Assembly: GCA_024679065.1 (NCBI GenBank)
Contig: JAGIQG010000023.1
Coordinates: forward strand, 10,106,001 to 10,170,000
Direction: 5' to 3'
Source: Sphyrna mokarran
Taxonomy: Eukaryota
Length of the DNA: 64,000 nucleotides
The position numbers and the translations under genes were made by a program. Shown here piece by piece: positions 53,411 through 64,000 of this stretch. Below the pieces are notes generated by a model. It was given only the letters and a program-made list of their open reading frames with translations, did not search any database and was not told the origin of the DNA. Position 1 is the stretch's first letter. Every line of letters starts with the position of its first letter.

Positions 53411-54686
53411 CTGTGGGCAAAAGACAACCATGAATGGATTTTCATAGTAGCTTCATTGCAGTGCTCATGTCAGCCTACTTGTGATAACAAGTAAAAAAAA
53501 ACTTTAAGTTTCAACTTCAATTGTTTAAGCTTTAGCATGACCAAAAAGTTAATTTTTTTCATATTATCAATATTTCAACACCTCATCCAGGATGTGAGGA
53601 AGAAAGGAAAGTGTTAGAGACAGAGAGAGAGAGAGATGGCAGTGGAAGCATGGCTGAATGCAGGTAGTATCTATTGATTGCTCTCATGGACAGCAGATAT
53701 TCATGATAGTAAATTAGTTAGTGACAAGCATTGGAGTGTGACCTGTGATGTTTGCTGAGATAATGCAGACATAAATATCTTATATAAAAACTAATCTTGA
53801 CCCAAATTCTCCGATATCAAACGAGGTGCCTCCATTGCCAGTTAGAGTAGGGAATTTGGCGCTCAGCCAAATCTTCATTCACAGCAGCAGGACTGGAGGA
53901 TTCCAGCTGCAGATAATGTTGCTGAACTCCAGCCATTGTTTGTATTTGTATTTAAAGTTCAACAATTAGTACCATTAACATTAAGGTGTGAATACTGTTT
54001 TAAATCTAGGGTGAGGTTTTATGGCCTCGAATGAGCGAGACTGGAAAATCCCGCCCAAAGTCAACAGACATTTCTGTTGTCGGCCCCACACCCACTCCAA
54101 TACCATAGCGGGCAAGGCAGTAAATTTTCAAAGTATCATCCAAAGGACATGAGCTGGGAGATAGAAGCTATCAGCTGGCAGCAACTGAAACAGTTAATTG
54201 AGGAAACTGGCTTGAACTGCTCTCTTTGAGCTGAGTCCCTTTGTTTTTAAACATGTAAAATCGCACATTCTCACTGCAACCAACACTGGACACTGACTTC
54301 ACCAGAGTGTGGAGGTTTAATGAGGAGAACGAATTTATTACAGGAGAAGAAATGAGCTGTTAGTGAGTATCTGGCAAGTATTCGGGACGTGGTGAAGACC
54401 AAATGTCCAGGTATTGGGAGCATGGAATGGGTCCTTACCAACTTGTTAATCAGGAAAGTGTGGTCCAAGGAGCAATAAATCTAACCTCATCTCTCTGGAT
54501 CATTACTCTGAGCCTCTGAATTACAATTCCTCCAACATAATCATTATTCTAACTGCGCTCTAGCTGCCAGAATTGGCACTCCATGGATCCTCCGGATATT
54601 GAAGCTGTCAATGTCTCCTCTCAGATAAAGCACCAATCAGACATTTCAGTTGAGAGTAATAAAGATAATCACTGAGAACAATTTAC

Positions 54687-54995
54687 CATCAGATATTTGT
54701 AGCTTTACAGGAAATATTGAAAGTAGCCCGGACTTAGAAATACCACAGCTGTACCACCCTGCATCTCCTGGGCGAAGATCCTCCATAGTAACAACAAATA
54801 ATCCTTGTGTCTTGTTATCTGTGATCGACATTCTCCCTCGCCGTCCATCTGGATCATTTGATTTTACCAAAACAGAGCACTGACGACTCCAATATTTCAC
54901 ATGTGACTGGGACAATTTGTCATAGTGACAATCGATAGTGATCACTCTTCCCAAAACTCCTGTTACATTATTTTTTGCCCACAATGCATTTGGAG
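54687..54995 (-). CDS. Gene C V-type Ig exon
   Basis: gtcttttcag|CT...GATG|gtaaat. 309 nt, phase 1-1, open. ITIDCHY...KYWSRQC...DAGWYSC. Confidence 0.9.
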
Positions 54996-55657
54996 CTGAA
55001 AAGACAACACATCAAATATTGAACTAAAAATAATTGTTTAATACAAACAGATATATTTTTAATACGATACACTACTGTGCTCAGAGAAATCTGTGCAATA
55101 CATCTGATAATGCTATTGAATAAATTCTTGTTTGAGATCATTGGGCTCATTGAATGAGTGCTCCCCACAGATTGATAATTAAACAACCATATTGAGGTTA
55201 TATACTGAACTCTACATAAAGCAAGACCTCAAGAGGCTCCATTAATCTTTTAGTCCTGGTTCGGGCATGTGATGTTTACTACAGGTGTGCATTATTGTTT
55301 ATTATCATTTGCATAATGCAACACAAGCATAATCCACCTCCAGGAATCATTGCATTCTCAAACAGTAATTGTCAGGCAGCAGATTGTCTGCTCATGATCA
55401 CATTGCTCTTTGAGGCAGCTTATTGCTCATAAATTGGTGCTGAGCTTACTACATCACAACAATTGATCTAAATCAGTTCCAGCTTTGACCAGAACTGACG
55501 TTAAAACTGTCCTGAAGTTCTGAAAAGTGAAAACTAAATGTAATTCCGTTTTTTCCAAAATTGCTTCGAATGACCAATCGAATTAAACTCATCAGCAACT
55601 CAGGCAGACGGTAATTTAAAATTTAGTTGAATTTCTGAAGCTGAAAGAGATATTTAC

Positions 55658-55972
55658 CACTGTTGCTGAATTGTGTCACATAACTGCAATCATTCTCTGA
55701 AATGTGGATCACTGCCACTGTAACTATTTCACTGGATTTGTTTCCCTGGTTATTTGAGGCTGTGCAGTAATATTGATGATGTTGCTGTGTGAAGGATTGA
55801 CAATGTAGATCCAGTTTATTGGTGTCAGAAATCTTTGAATCATCAGATGGGGTCTTTTCATACCATGTGTACTGAATGGGAAGTGATCCCTGGACAGACT
55901 CACAGGAGATGGACACTGAGCCCCAGGCATTTGGTGGTGATAGAAATCTAAGTTCAGGAACAGATACGGGTT
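55658..55972 (-). CDS. Gene C C2-like Ig exon (9-nt in-frame deletion)
   Basis: tttccacag|AA...AGTG|gtaaat. 315 nt, open. Confidence 0.88.
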
Positions 55973-57148
55973 CTGTGGAAATAAAAATCATTAACAGATT
56001 TTCACACTAACTTCATTGCAGTGCTAACGTAAATCTCCTTGTGACACAAGCTAAAAAAAGCTTAAGTTTAAATTTTAAAAGTTTGAATTTGAAAATGACC
56101 AAAAAATTAAACAGTTTCGTATTCTCAATAATTCTATACCTCATCCAGGGTGTGAGGAGGAAGTGAAAGTGATAGAGAGAGAGAGGGAGATGGCAGTGGG
56201 AGCTTAGCCAAATGCAGGTAGTTTCTATTTATTGCTGTCATGAACAGCATATATACATGATAACAAATTAGTTACTAACAAGCATTGGAGTGTGAACTGA
56301 GATAAACTGTAGATGTTTGCTGAGGTAACAAAGACTTAAATACGTTTCTAAAAATCTAATCTTGACCTGAATTCACTGATATCCAGTGATCTTCCTCGCT
56401 GCGAGTTGGAATACAGAATTTGGCACTCAGCCAAATCTGGACTATAGCGGGTCTGGATAATTCCAGCTGCAGACAAGTTTAGTGAATTCCAGCCATTGTT
56501 TGTATTAGTATTTAACAATCAACAGTCAGTTGCATTCAACATTTAAATGTGAGTACTGTTTCAAGTCTAATGCAGGGTTTTATGGTGTCAAACGACTAAG
56601 ATTGGAAAATCCTATCCCAGGTCAGCAGACATTTGTGAGCAAGGCAGTAAAATTCTGATGTAAGTAACATCCAAAGGACATCTGCTGGCAGCAACTGAAA
56701 TAGTTAATTGGGAAAGCTGGCTTGAACTGCTCTTTTTGTTCTGAATCCCTTTGTTTTTGAACTCAGCCCCTCGGACTTTACCCGAGTGTGGAGGTTTAAT
56801 GAGCTGAAGGAATTTACTACAGGAGAAGAAGTGAGCTGTTGGTGGGTATCTGGTCAAGGTCTATTCTCCAGGCATCAGTAGCATGGGTGAGGTCTTTGCC
56901 AACTTGTTTATCAGAAGAGCATGGTCCAAGGTACAATAAATATGACCCCATCTCTCTGGATCATAACTCTGAGCCTCTGAATTCCAATTCCTCCAACATA
57001 ATCATTGTTCTAACTGCCCTCTAGCTGCCAGGCTCTGCACTGCTGTGGAGCCTCCAGACGTCAGAGCTGTCAATGTCTCCTTCAAGATAAAGCACCGATC
57101 AGTCATTTCACTTGAGAGTAATAAAGATAATTACTGAAAACAATTTAC

Positions 57149-57457
57149 CGTCAGATATTTGTAGCTTTACGGAAAATATTGAAAGTAGGCTGGGTTTATC
57201 AATACCACAGGTGTACCACCCTGCATCTCCTCGGCGAAGACCCTCCATAGTAACAGCAAATAATCCTTGTGCCTTGTTATCTGTGATCGACATTCTCCCT
57301 CGCCGTCCATCTGGGTCGTCAGATTTTACCAAAACAGAGCACTGACGACTCCAATATTTCACATGTGACTGGGATAATTTCTCATAGTGACAATCGATAG
57401 TGATCGCTCTTCCCAAAACTCCTGTTACATTATTTTTTGCCCACAATGCACTGGGAG
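57149..57457 (-). CDS. Gene C V-type Ig exon
   Basis: gtctattcag|CT...GACG|gtaaat. 309 nt, open. Confidence 0.9.
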
Positions 57458-58115
57458 CTGAATAGACAAACCATCAAAAAAATGAACTGAAATCATTCTT
57501 TAATACCAACAGATAGACTTTGATAGAATTTGTCACTGTGTTTTGCAATACGTCTTGTAATGTAATTGGATGATTCTTTGTTTGAGATGGTTAGGACCAT
57601 TGAACATATTCTCCCCATGGATTGCTAATAAGACAACCATATTGAGATTGTATTCTAAACCCTTCATAAAGCAAAACTTGAGAGTTTTCATTAATCTTTT
57701 AGTCCTGGTTGGGATCTGTTGGTTTCACCATTGGCGTGTGGTTACTGTTTATTTTCATTTTGTACAGTACAAACACAGTTCCTTTACATCCGACTCCTGG
57801 AGTTATTCAATTTTAAAATAGCAATTGTCAGACAGTAGATTCTCTGCTCATGATCACATTGCTCTTTATAACCAGGTTACTGGTTATAAATTGGCGCTGT
57901 GCATTCTACATCACAAGAATGACCGTGAATCAGTTCCAGCATTGACACGAACGGACTTTAAAACTGTCCTGAAGTTGTGAAAAGTGAAAAATAAATGTTA
58001 TTCTATTTTTATTGAACTTAATTTGAACGACCAATTGAACTAAACCTGTGAGCAATTCTGACAGACATTAATTTAAAAATTAGTTGAATTTTTTGAAGCT
58101 TAAAATGATATTTAC

Positions 58116-58439
58116 CAATGTTGTTGATTTGTGTTAAATAACTGCAATCATTCTCTGAAACGTGGATCACTGACACAGTAACCATTTCACTGGATTTGTT
58201 TCCCTGGTTATTTGAGGCTATGCAGTAATATTGATGATATTGCTGTGTGAAGGATTGACAATGTAGATCCAGTTTATTGGTGTCAGAGATCATTGAATCT
58301 TCGGATGGAGTCTTTTCATACCATGTATACTGAATGGGAAGTGATCCCTGGACAGACTCACAGGAGACGGACACTGAGCCCCCAGAACATGAGGCATTTG
58401 GTGGAGATAGAAATTTAAGCTCTGGAAAAGACACGGGTT
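58116..58439 (-). CDS. Gene C C2-like Ig exon
   Basis: ttttctcacag|AA...ATTG|gtaaat. 324 nt, open. Confidence 0.9.
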
Positions 58440-59700
58440 CTGTGAGAAAAAAGACAATCATTAACGGATTTTCACATAAACTTTGTTGCAGTGTGAACAT
58501 AAGCCGACATTAACTGGTGACACACATCAAATAAATGGGTTAAGTTTCAATTTTAAAACTTTAAAGTTTAGAATGAACAAAAAATTATATAATTTCATAT
58601 TACCAGTATTTAGACATCTCACCCAGGATGTGAGGAGGAAAGGGACATTTTAGAGAGAGAGGGACAAATGGCAGTGGGAGCTTGGCTGAAATCAGGTAGT
58701 ATCTAGTGATTGCTCTCACGGATAGCAGATAGTCATGATAGCAGATTAGTTACTAACAAGCATTGGAGTGTGAACTGAGATAGACATTGGATGTTTGCCA
58801 AGATTACGGGAGATTTAAATATCTTTCATAAAATCCCATCCTGACTTGAATTTTCCAATATTGTGCGATCCATCAGTTGGAATTGGGAATTTGGCACTCA
58901 GCCAAATCTCTGCTCACACCAACGGGACTGAATGATTTCAGCTGCAGTAGATTTTGGTGAATTCCCACCATTGTTTGCATTTGTATTTCACATTCAAAAG
59001 TAAGTACTATTCAACATTTACGTGTGACTACTGTTTCAAGTCTACAGCGAGGTTTTATGGCCTCAAATGAGCGAGACTGGAAAATACCACCCAAGATCAA
59101 TAGACATTTCCACTGTCTGCCCCACACCTGCTTCAGTACCACGACGGGCAAGGCAGTAAAATTCCAACCTAAGTATCATCCAGAAGACATGCATTGGGAG
59201 ATAAAACCTATCAACTGGTAGCAACTAAAATAGTTAATTGGGAAACTGGCTTGCACTGCTCTTTTTGTACTGAGACCCTTTGGTTTTGAACTCAGCACTT
59301 CTCACTTCAACCAAGTGTGGAAGTTTAATGAGCTGAAGGAATTTACTACAGGGAAAGAAGTGAGCTGTTGGTGAGTATCTGGTGAATATTCGGGAAGTGA
59401 TCAAGGTCTAGTCTCCAGGCAACGGGTGCATGAGTGGGATCCTTGCCAACTTTTTGTCAGGTACAGCAGAGTCCAAGGTGAGATAATTCTGACACCCATC
59501 TCTCTCAATCATTACTCTTGAGCCTCTGAATTACAATTCCTCCAACATAATCATTGTTCTAAATGCCCTCTAGCTGCCAGACTCTGCACTGCTGCAGAGC
59601 CTCCAGACATCGGAGGAGCTGTCAATACTTCCTCTCAGATAAAGCACCGATCAGTCATTTCACTTGAGACTAATAAAGATAATCACTGAGAACAATTTAC

Positions 59701-60009
59701 CTTCAGATATTTGTAGCTTTACAGAAAATATTGAAAGTAGGCCGAGTTTATCAATACCACAGCTGTACCATCCTGCATCTTCTGGGCGAAGATCCTCCAT
59801 AGTAACAACAAATAATCCTTGTGTCTTGTTATCTGTGATCGACATTCTCCCTCGCCGTCCATCTGGATCATCTGACTTTACCAAAACAGAGCACTGACGA
59901 CTCCAATATTTCACATGTGACTGGGACAATTTCTCATAGTGACAATCGATAGTGATCGCTCTTCCCAAAACTCCTGTTACATTATTTTTTGCCCACAATG
60001 CACTGGGAA
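59701..60009 (-). CDS. Gene C V-type Ig exon
   Basis: gtccattcag|TT...GAAG|gtaaat. 309 nt, open. Confidence 0.9.
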
Positions 60010-60666
60010 CTGAATGGACAAACCATCAAAAAAATGAACTGAAATCATTCTTTAATACCAACAGATAGACTTTGACAGAATTTGTCACTGTGTTTTGCAA
60101 TACATCTTGTAATGTAATTGAATGATTCTTTGTTTGAGATGGTTGGGACCATTGAACATATTCTCCCCACGGATTGCTAATTAGACAACCATATTGACAT
60201 TGTATTCTAAACCCTTTATAAACAAAACCTTGAGAGTTTCCATTAATGTTTTAGTCCGGGTTGGGATCTGCTGGTTTCACCATTGGTGTGTGGTTACTGC
60301 TTATTTTCATTTTGTACAGTACAAACACAGTTCCTTTACATCCGACTCCTGGAGTTATTCAATTTTAAAATAGCAATTGTCAGACAGTAGATTCTCTGCT
60401 CATGATCACATTGCTCTTTATAACCAGGTTACTGGTTATAACTTGGCGCTGTGCATTCTGCATCACAAGAATGACCGTGAATCAATTCCAGCATTGACAT
60501 GAACAGACTTTAAAACTGTCCTGAAGTTGCAAAAACTGAAACATAAATGTTATTCTATTTTTATTGAACTTAATTGAACGACCAATTGAACTAAACCTGT
60601 GAGCAATTCTGACAGACATTAATTTAAAAATTAGTTGAATTTTTTGAAGCTTAAAATGATATTTAC

Positions 60667-60990
60667 CAATGTTGTTGATTTGTGTTGAATAACTGCAATC
60701 ATTCTCTGAAATGTGGATCACTGACACAGTAACCATTTCACTGGATTTGTTTCCCTGGTTATTTGAGGCTGTGCAGTAATATTGATGATGTTGCTGTGTG
60801 AAGGATTGACAATGTAGATCCAGTTTATTGGTGTCAGAGATCATTGAATCTTCAGATGGAGTCTTTTCATACCATGTGTACTGAATGGGAAGTGATCCCT
60901 GGACAGACTCACAGGAGACGGACACTAGGCCCCCAGAACATGAGGCATTTGGTGGAGATAGAAATTTAAGCTCTGGAACAGACACGGGTT
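60667..60990 (-). CDS. Gene C C2-like Ig exon
   Basis: ttttctcacag|AA...ATTG|gtaaat. 324 nt, open. Confidence 0.9.
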
Positions 60991-62260
60991 CTGTGAGAAA
61001 AAAGACAATCATTAACGGATTTTCACATAAACTTTGTTGCAGTGTGAACATAAGCCGACATTAACTGGTGACACACATTAAATAAATGGGTTAAGTTTCA
61101 ATTTTAAAACTTTAAAGTTTAGAATGAACAAAAAATTATATAATTTCATATTACCAGTATTTAGACATCTCACCCATGATGTGAGGAGGAAAGGGACATT
61201 TTAGAGAGAGAGGGACAAATGGCAGCGGGATCTTGGCTGAATTCAGGTAATATCTAGTGATTGCTCTCACGGATAGCAGATAGTCATGATAGCAGATTAG
61301 TTACTAACAAGCATTGGAGTGTGAACTAAGATAGACATTGGATGTTTGCCGAGATTACGGGAGATTTAAATATCTTTCATAAAATCCAATCCTGACTTGA
61401 ATTTTCCAATATTGTGCGATCCATCTCCACCATCAGTTGGAATTGGGAATTTGGCGCTCAGCCAAATCTCTGCTCACACCAACGGGACTGGATGATTCCA
61501 GCTGCAGTAGATTTTGGTGAATTCCCACCATTGTTTGCATTTGTATTTCACATTCAAACGTAAGTACCATTCAACATTTATGTGTGAGTACTGTTTCAAG
61601 TCTACAGCGAGGTTTTATGGCCTCAAATGAGCGAGACTGGAAAATACCACCCAAGATCAATAGACATTTCCACTGTCTGCCCCACACCTGCTTCAATAGC
61701 ACGACGGGCAAGGCAGTAAAATTCCAACCTAAGTATCATCCAGAAGACATGCATTGGGAGATAAAATCTATCAACTGGTAGCAACTAAAATAGTTAATTG
61801 GGAAACTGGCTTGCACTGCTCTTTTTGTACTGAGACCCTTTGGTTTTGAACTCAGCACTTCTCACTTCAACCAAGTGTGGAAGTTTAATGAGCTGAAGGA
61901 ATTTACTACAGGGAAAGAAGTGAGCTGTTGGTGAGTATCTGGTGAATATTCAGGAAGTGATCAAGGTCTAGTCTCCAGGCAACGGGTGCATGAGTGGGAT
62001 CCTTGCCAACTTTTTGTCAAGGACAGCAGAGTCCAAGGTGAGATAATTCTGACACCCATCTCTCTCGATCATTGCTCTTGAGCCTCTGAATTACAATTCT
62101 TCCAACATAATCATTGTTCTAAATGCCTTCTAGCTGCCGGACTCTGCACTGCTGCAGAGCCTCCAGACATCAGAGGAGCTGTCAATACTTCCTCTCAGAT
62201 AAAGCACCGATCAGTCATTTCACTTGAGACTAATAAAGATAATCACTGAGAACAATTTAC

Positions 62261-62569
62261 CTTCAGATATTTGTAGCTTTACAGAAAATATTGAAAGTAG
62301 GCCGAGTTTATCAATACCACAGCTGTACCATCCTGCATCTTCTGGGCGAAGATCCTCCATAGTAACAACAAATAATCCTTGTGTTTTGTTATCTGAGATT
62401 GACATTCTCCCTCGCCGTCCATCTGGATCGTCTGATTTTACCAAAACAGAGCACTGGCGACTCCAATATTTCACATGTGACTGGGACAATTTGTCATAGT
62501 GACAATCAATAGTGATCGCTCTTCCCAAAGCTCCTGTTACATTATTTTTTGCCCACAATGCTATTGGAG
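62261..62569 (-). CDS. Gene C V-type Ig exon
   Basis: catcttttag|CT...GAAG|gtaaat. 309 nt, open. Confidence 0.9.
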
Positions 62570-63202
62570 CTAAAAAGATGGCAAGTCAAAAGTTGAACTG
62601 AAAATAATCGTTTAATACAAACAGATATGTTTCAACAGGATTTGATACCGTGCTCAGAGAAATCTCTGCGATATATTTTCTAATGCAATTGAATACTTTC
62701 TTGTTTGAGATCATTGGGCTCATTGAGTACGTGCTCCCCACAGATTTATAATTAGGTAACCATATTGAGATTGTATACTAAGCCCTTTATAAAGCAGGAC
62801 ATTAATAGATTACATAATCTTTTAGTTGTGTTCACCATAGGATTATGGCTATTGGTATTTCCATTTTGTACAATGAAAGCACAGTTCTGTCCCTTCCTGC
62901 TAATGAAATTATAAAATTTTCATACAGCAATTGTCAAACAGAAGATTGTCTGCTCATGATCACATTAATCTTTGAGGGAGCTTATTGCTCATAGATTGGT
63001 GCTGAGCTTCCTACATCACAACAATGGCCGTGAATCAGTTCCAGCATTGACTGGAACGGAATTTAAGACTGTCCTGATGTTATGAAAAGTGAAAAATAAA
63101 TGCAATTCTATTTTAGTAAAGTTGCTTTGAACGACCAATAAATTTAAATGACATTAATTTAAAAATTAGTTGATTTTTTTTTAATTTTAATGTGATATTT
63201 AC

Positions 63203-63526
63203 CAATGTTGCTGACTTGTGTTAAATAACTGCAATCATTCTCCGAAATGTAGATCACTGACACTATAACCATTTCACTGGATTTGTCTCCCCGGTTATTT
63301 GAGGCTGTGCAGTAATATTGATGATGTCGCTGTGTGAAGGATTGACAATGTAGATCCAGTTTATTGCTGTCAGAGATCTTTGAATCTTCAGACGAGGTCT
63401 TTTTATACCATGTGTACTGAATGGGAAGTGATCCCTGGACAGACTCACAGGAGACGGACACTGAGCCCCCAGAACATGAGGCATTTGGTGCTGATAGAAA
63501 TTCAAGTTCAGGGGCTGACACGGGTT
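63203..63526 (-). CDS. Gene C C2-like Ig exon (gene continues beyond the window end)
   Basis: tttttcccacag|AA...ATTG|gtaaat. 324 nt, open. The upstream intron repeats the array pattern up to 64000. Confidence 0.9.
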
Positions 63527-64000
63527 CTGTGGGAAAAAGACAATCGTTAACGGATTTTCTCAATAATTTCATTGCAGTGTTTATGTGACACTAAGTAAAA
63601 AAAGCTTTAACTTTAAACTTTAAATGATTAATCTTTAGAATGACCAAAATATTAATTGGTTTCATATTACCAGTACTTCTACACTTCATCCAGGGTGTGA
63701 GGAGGAAGGGGAAGTGTTAGCGAGATATGGCAGTGGGCAATTGTCCGAAAGCAGATCTATTGATTGCTCTCATGTACAGCACATATTCATGATGATAGAT
63801 TAGTTAGTGACAAGCATTGGAGTGTGATCTGAGACAGACTGTGTATGTAGTGGAGATTTAAACATCTTTCCTAAAATCGATTGAATCTTGAGCTAAAAAG
63901 TCTGACATTGAATGATCCGCCCCCACTGCCAGTTAGAATAGGGAATTTGGCACTCAGGCAAATCTCCATTCACAGCAGCGGGACTGGATAATTCCAGCTG

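Larger units (their letters stand above)
53087..64000 (-). repeat. Tandem array of ~2.5-kb (V exon + intron + C2 exon + intron) units, at least 4.5 copies
   Basis: C2 exon starts at 53410, 55972, 58439, 60990 and 63526. V exon starts at 54995, 57457, 60009 and 62569. Introns are homologous between units. Confidence 0.95.

Noticed and set aside
53087-64000. Rearranging Ig/TCR-type V segments or a CRISPR-like array
   Set aside because: The V exons encode complete domains, including the G strand, and end in splice donors. I saw no heptamer/nonamer RSS or J segments. The repeats are kb-scale eukaryotic exon-intron units.

Overview
Eukaryotic genomic DNA, almost certainly from a shark. The evidence is abundant CR1-clade LINEs and HE1-like tRNA-derived SINEs; the taxon is an inference. 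The window is part of a cluster of CD300/pIgR-like immunoglobulin-superfamily receptor genes, which I reconstructed by hand from splice sites and exon phases. Gene 0 (+, 3' end only): TM exon 630-718, exon 2399-2451 and a terminal exon 4669-4944 with three ITIM/ITIM-like motifs (inhibitory type). Gene A (+, about 10861-19891): a multiply disabled pseudogene copy of gene B. Gene B (+, 27598-38177): an intact leader-V-C2-stalk-TM(Arg)-short-tail receptor of about 294 aa (activating type). Gene C (-, from beyond 64000 down to 50670) is the highlight. It is a tandem array of ~2.5-kb V+C2 exon pairs giving at least 9 intact, in-phase Ig exons, followed by a stalk exon with an in-frame TAA. Its ancestral TM exon, small cytoplasmic exon and ITIM exon (an inverted paralog of the gene 0 tail) are all destroyed. 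Gene C therefore looks like an inhibitory receptor converted into a large secreted poly-Ig protein whose V domains all lost one Cys of the family's hallmark C-C' disulfide. Also present: an RPL39 retrocopy, many LINE/SINE/LTR-like/Penelope-like insertions and a long hairpin. Expression and function cannot be shown from sequence alone, and repeat boundaries are approximate.
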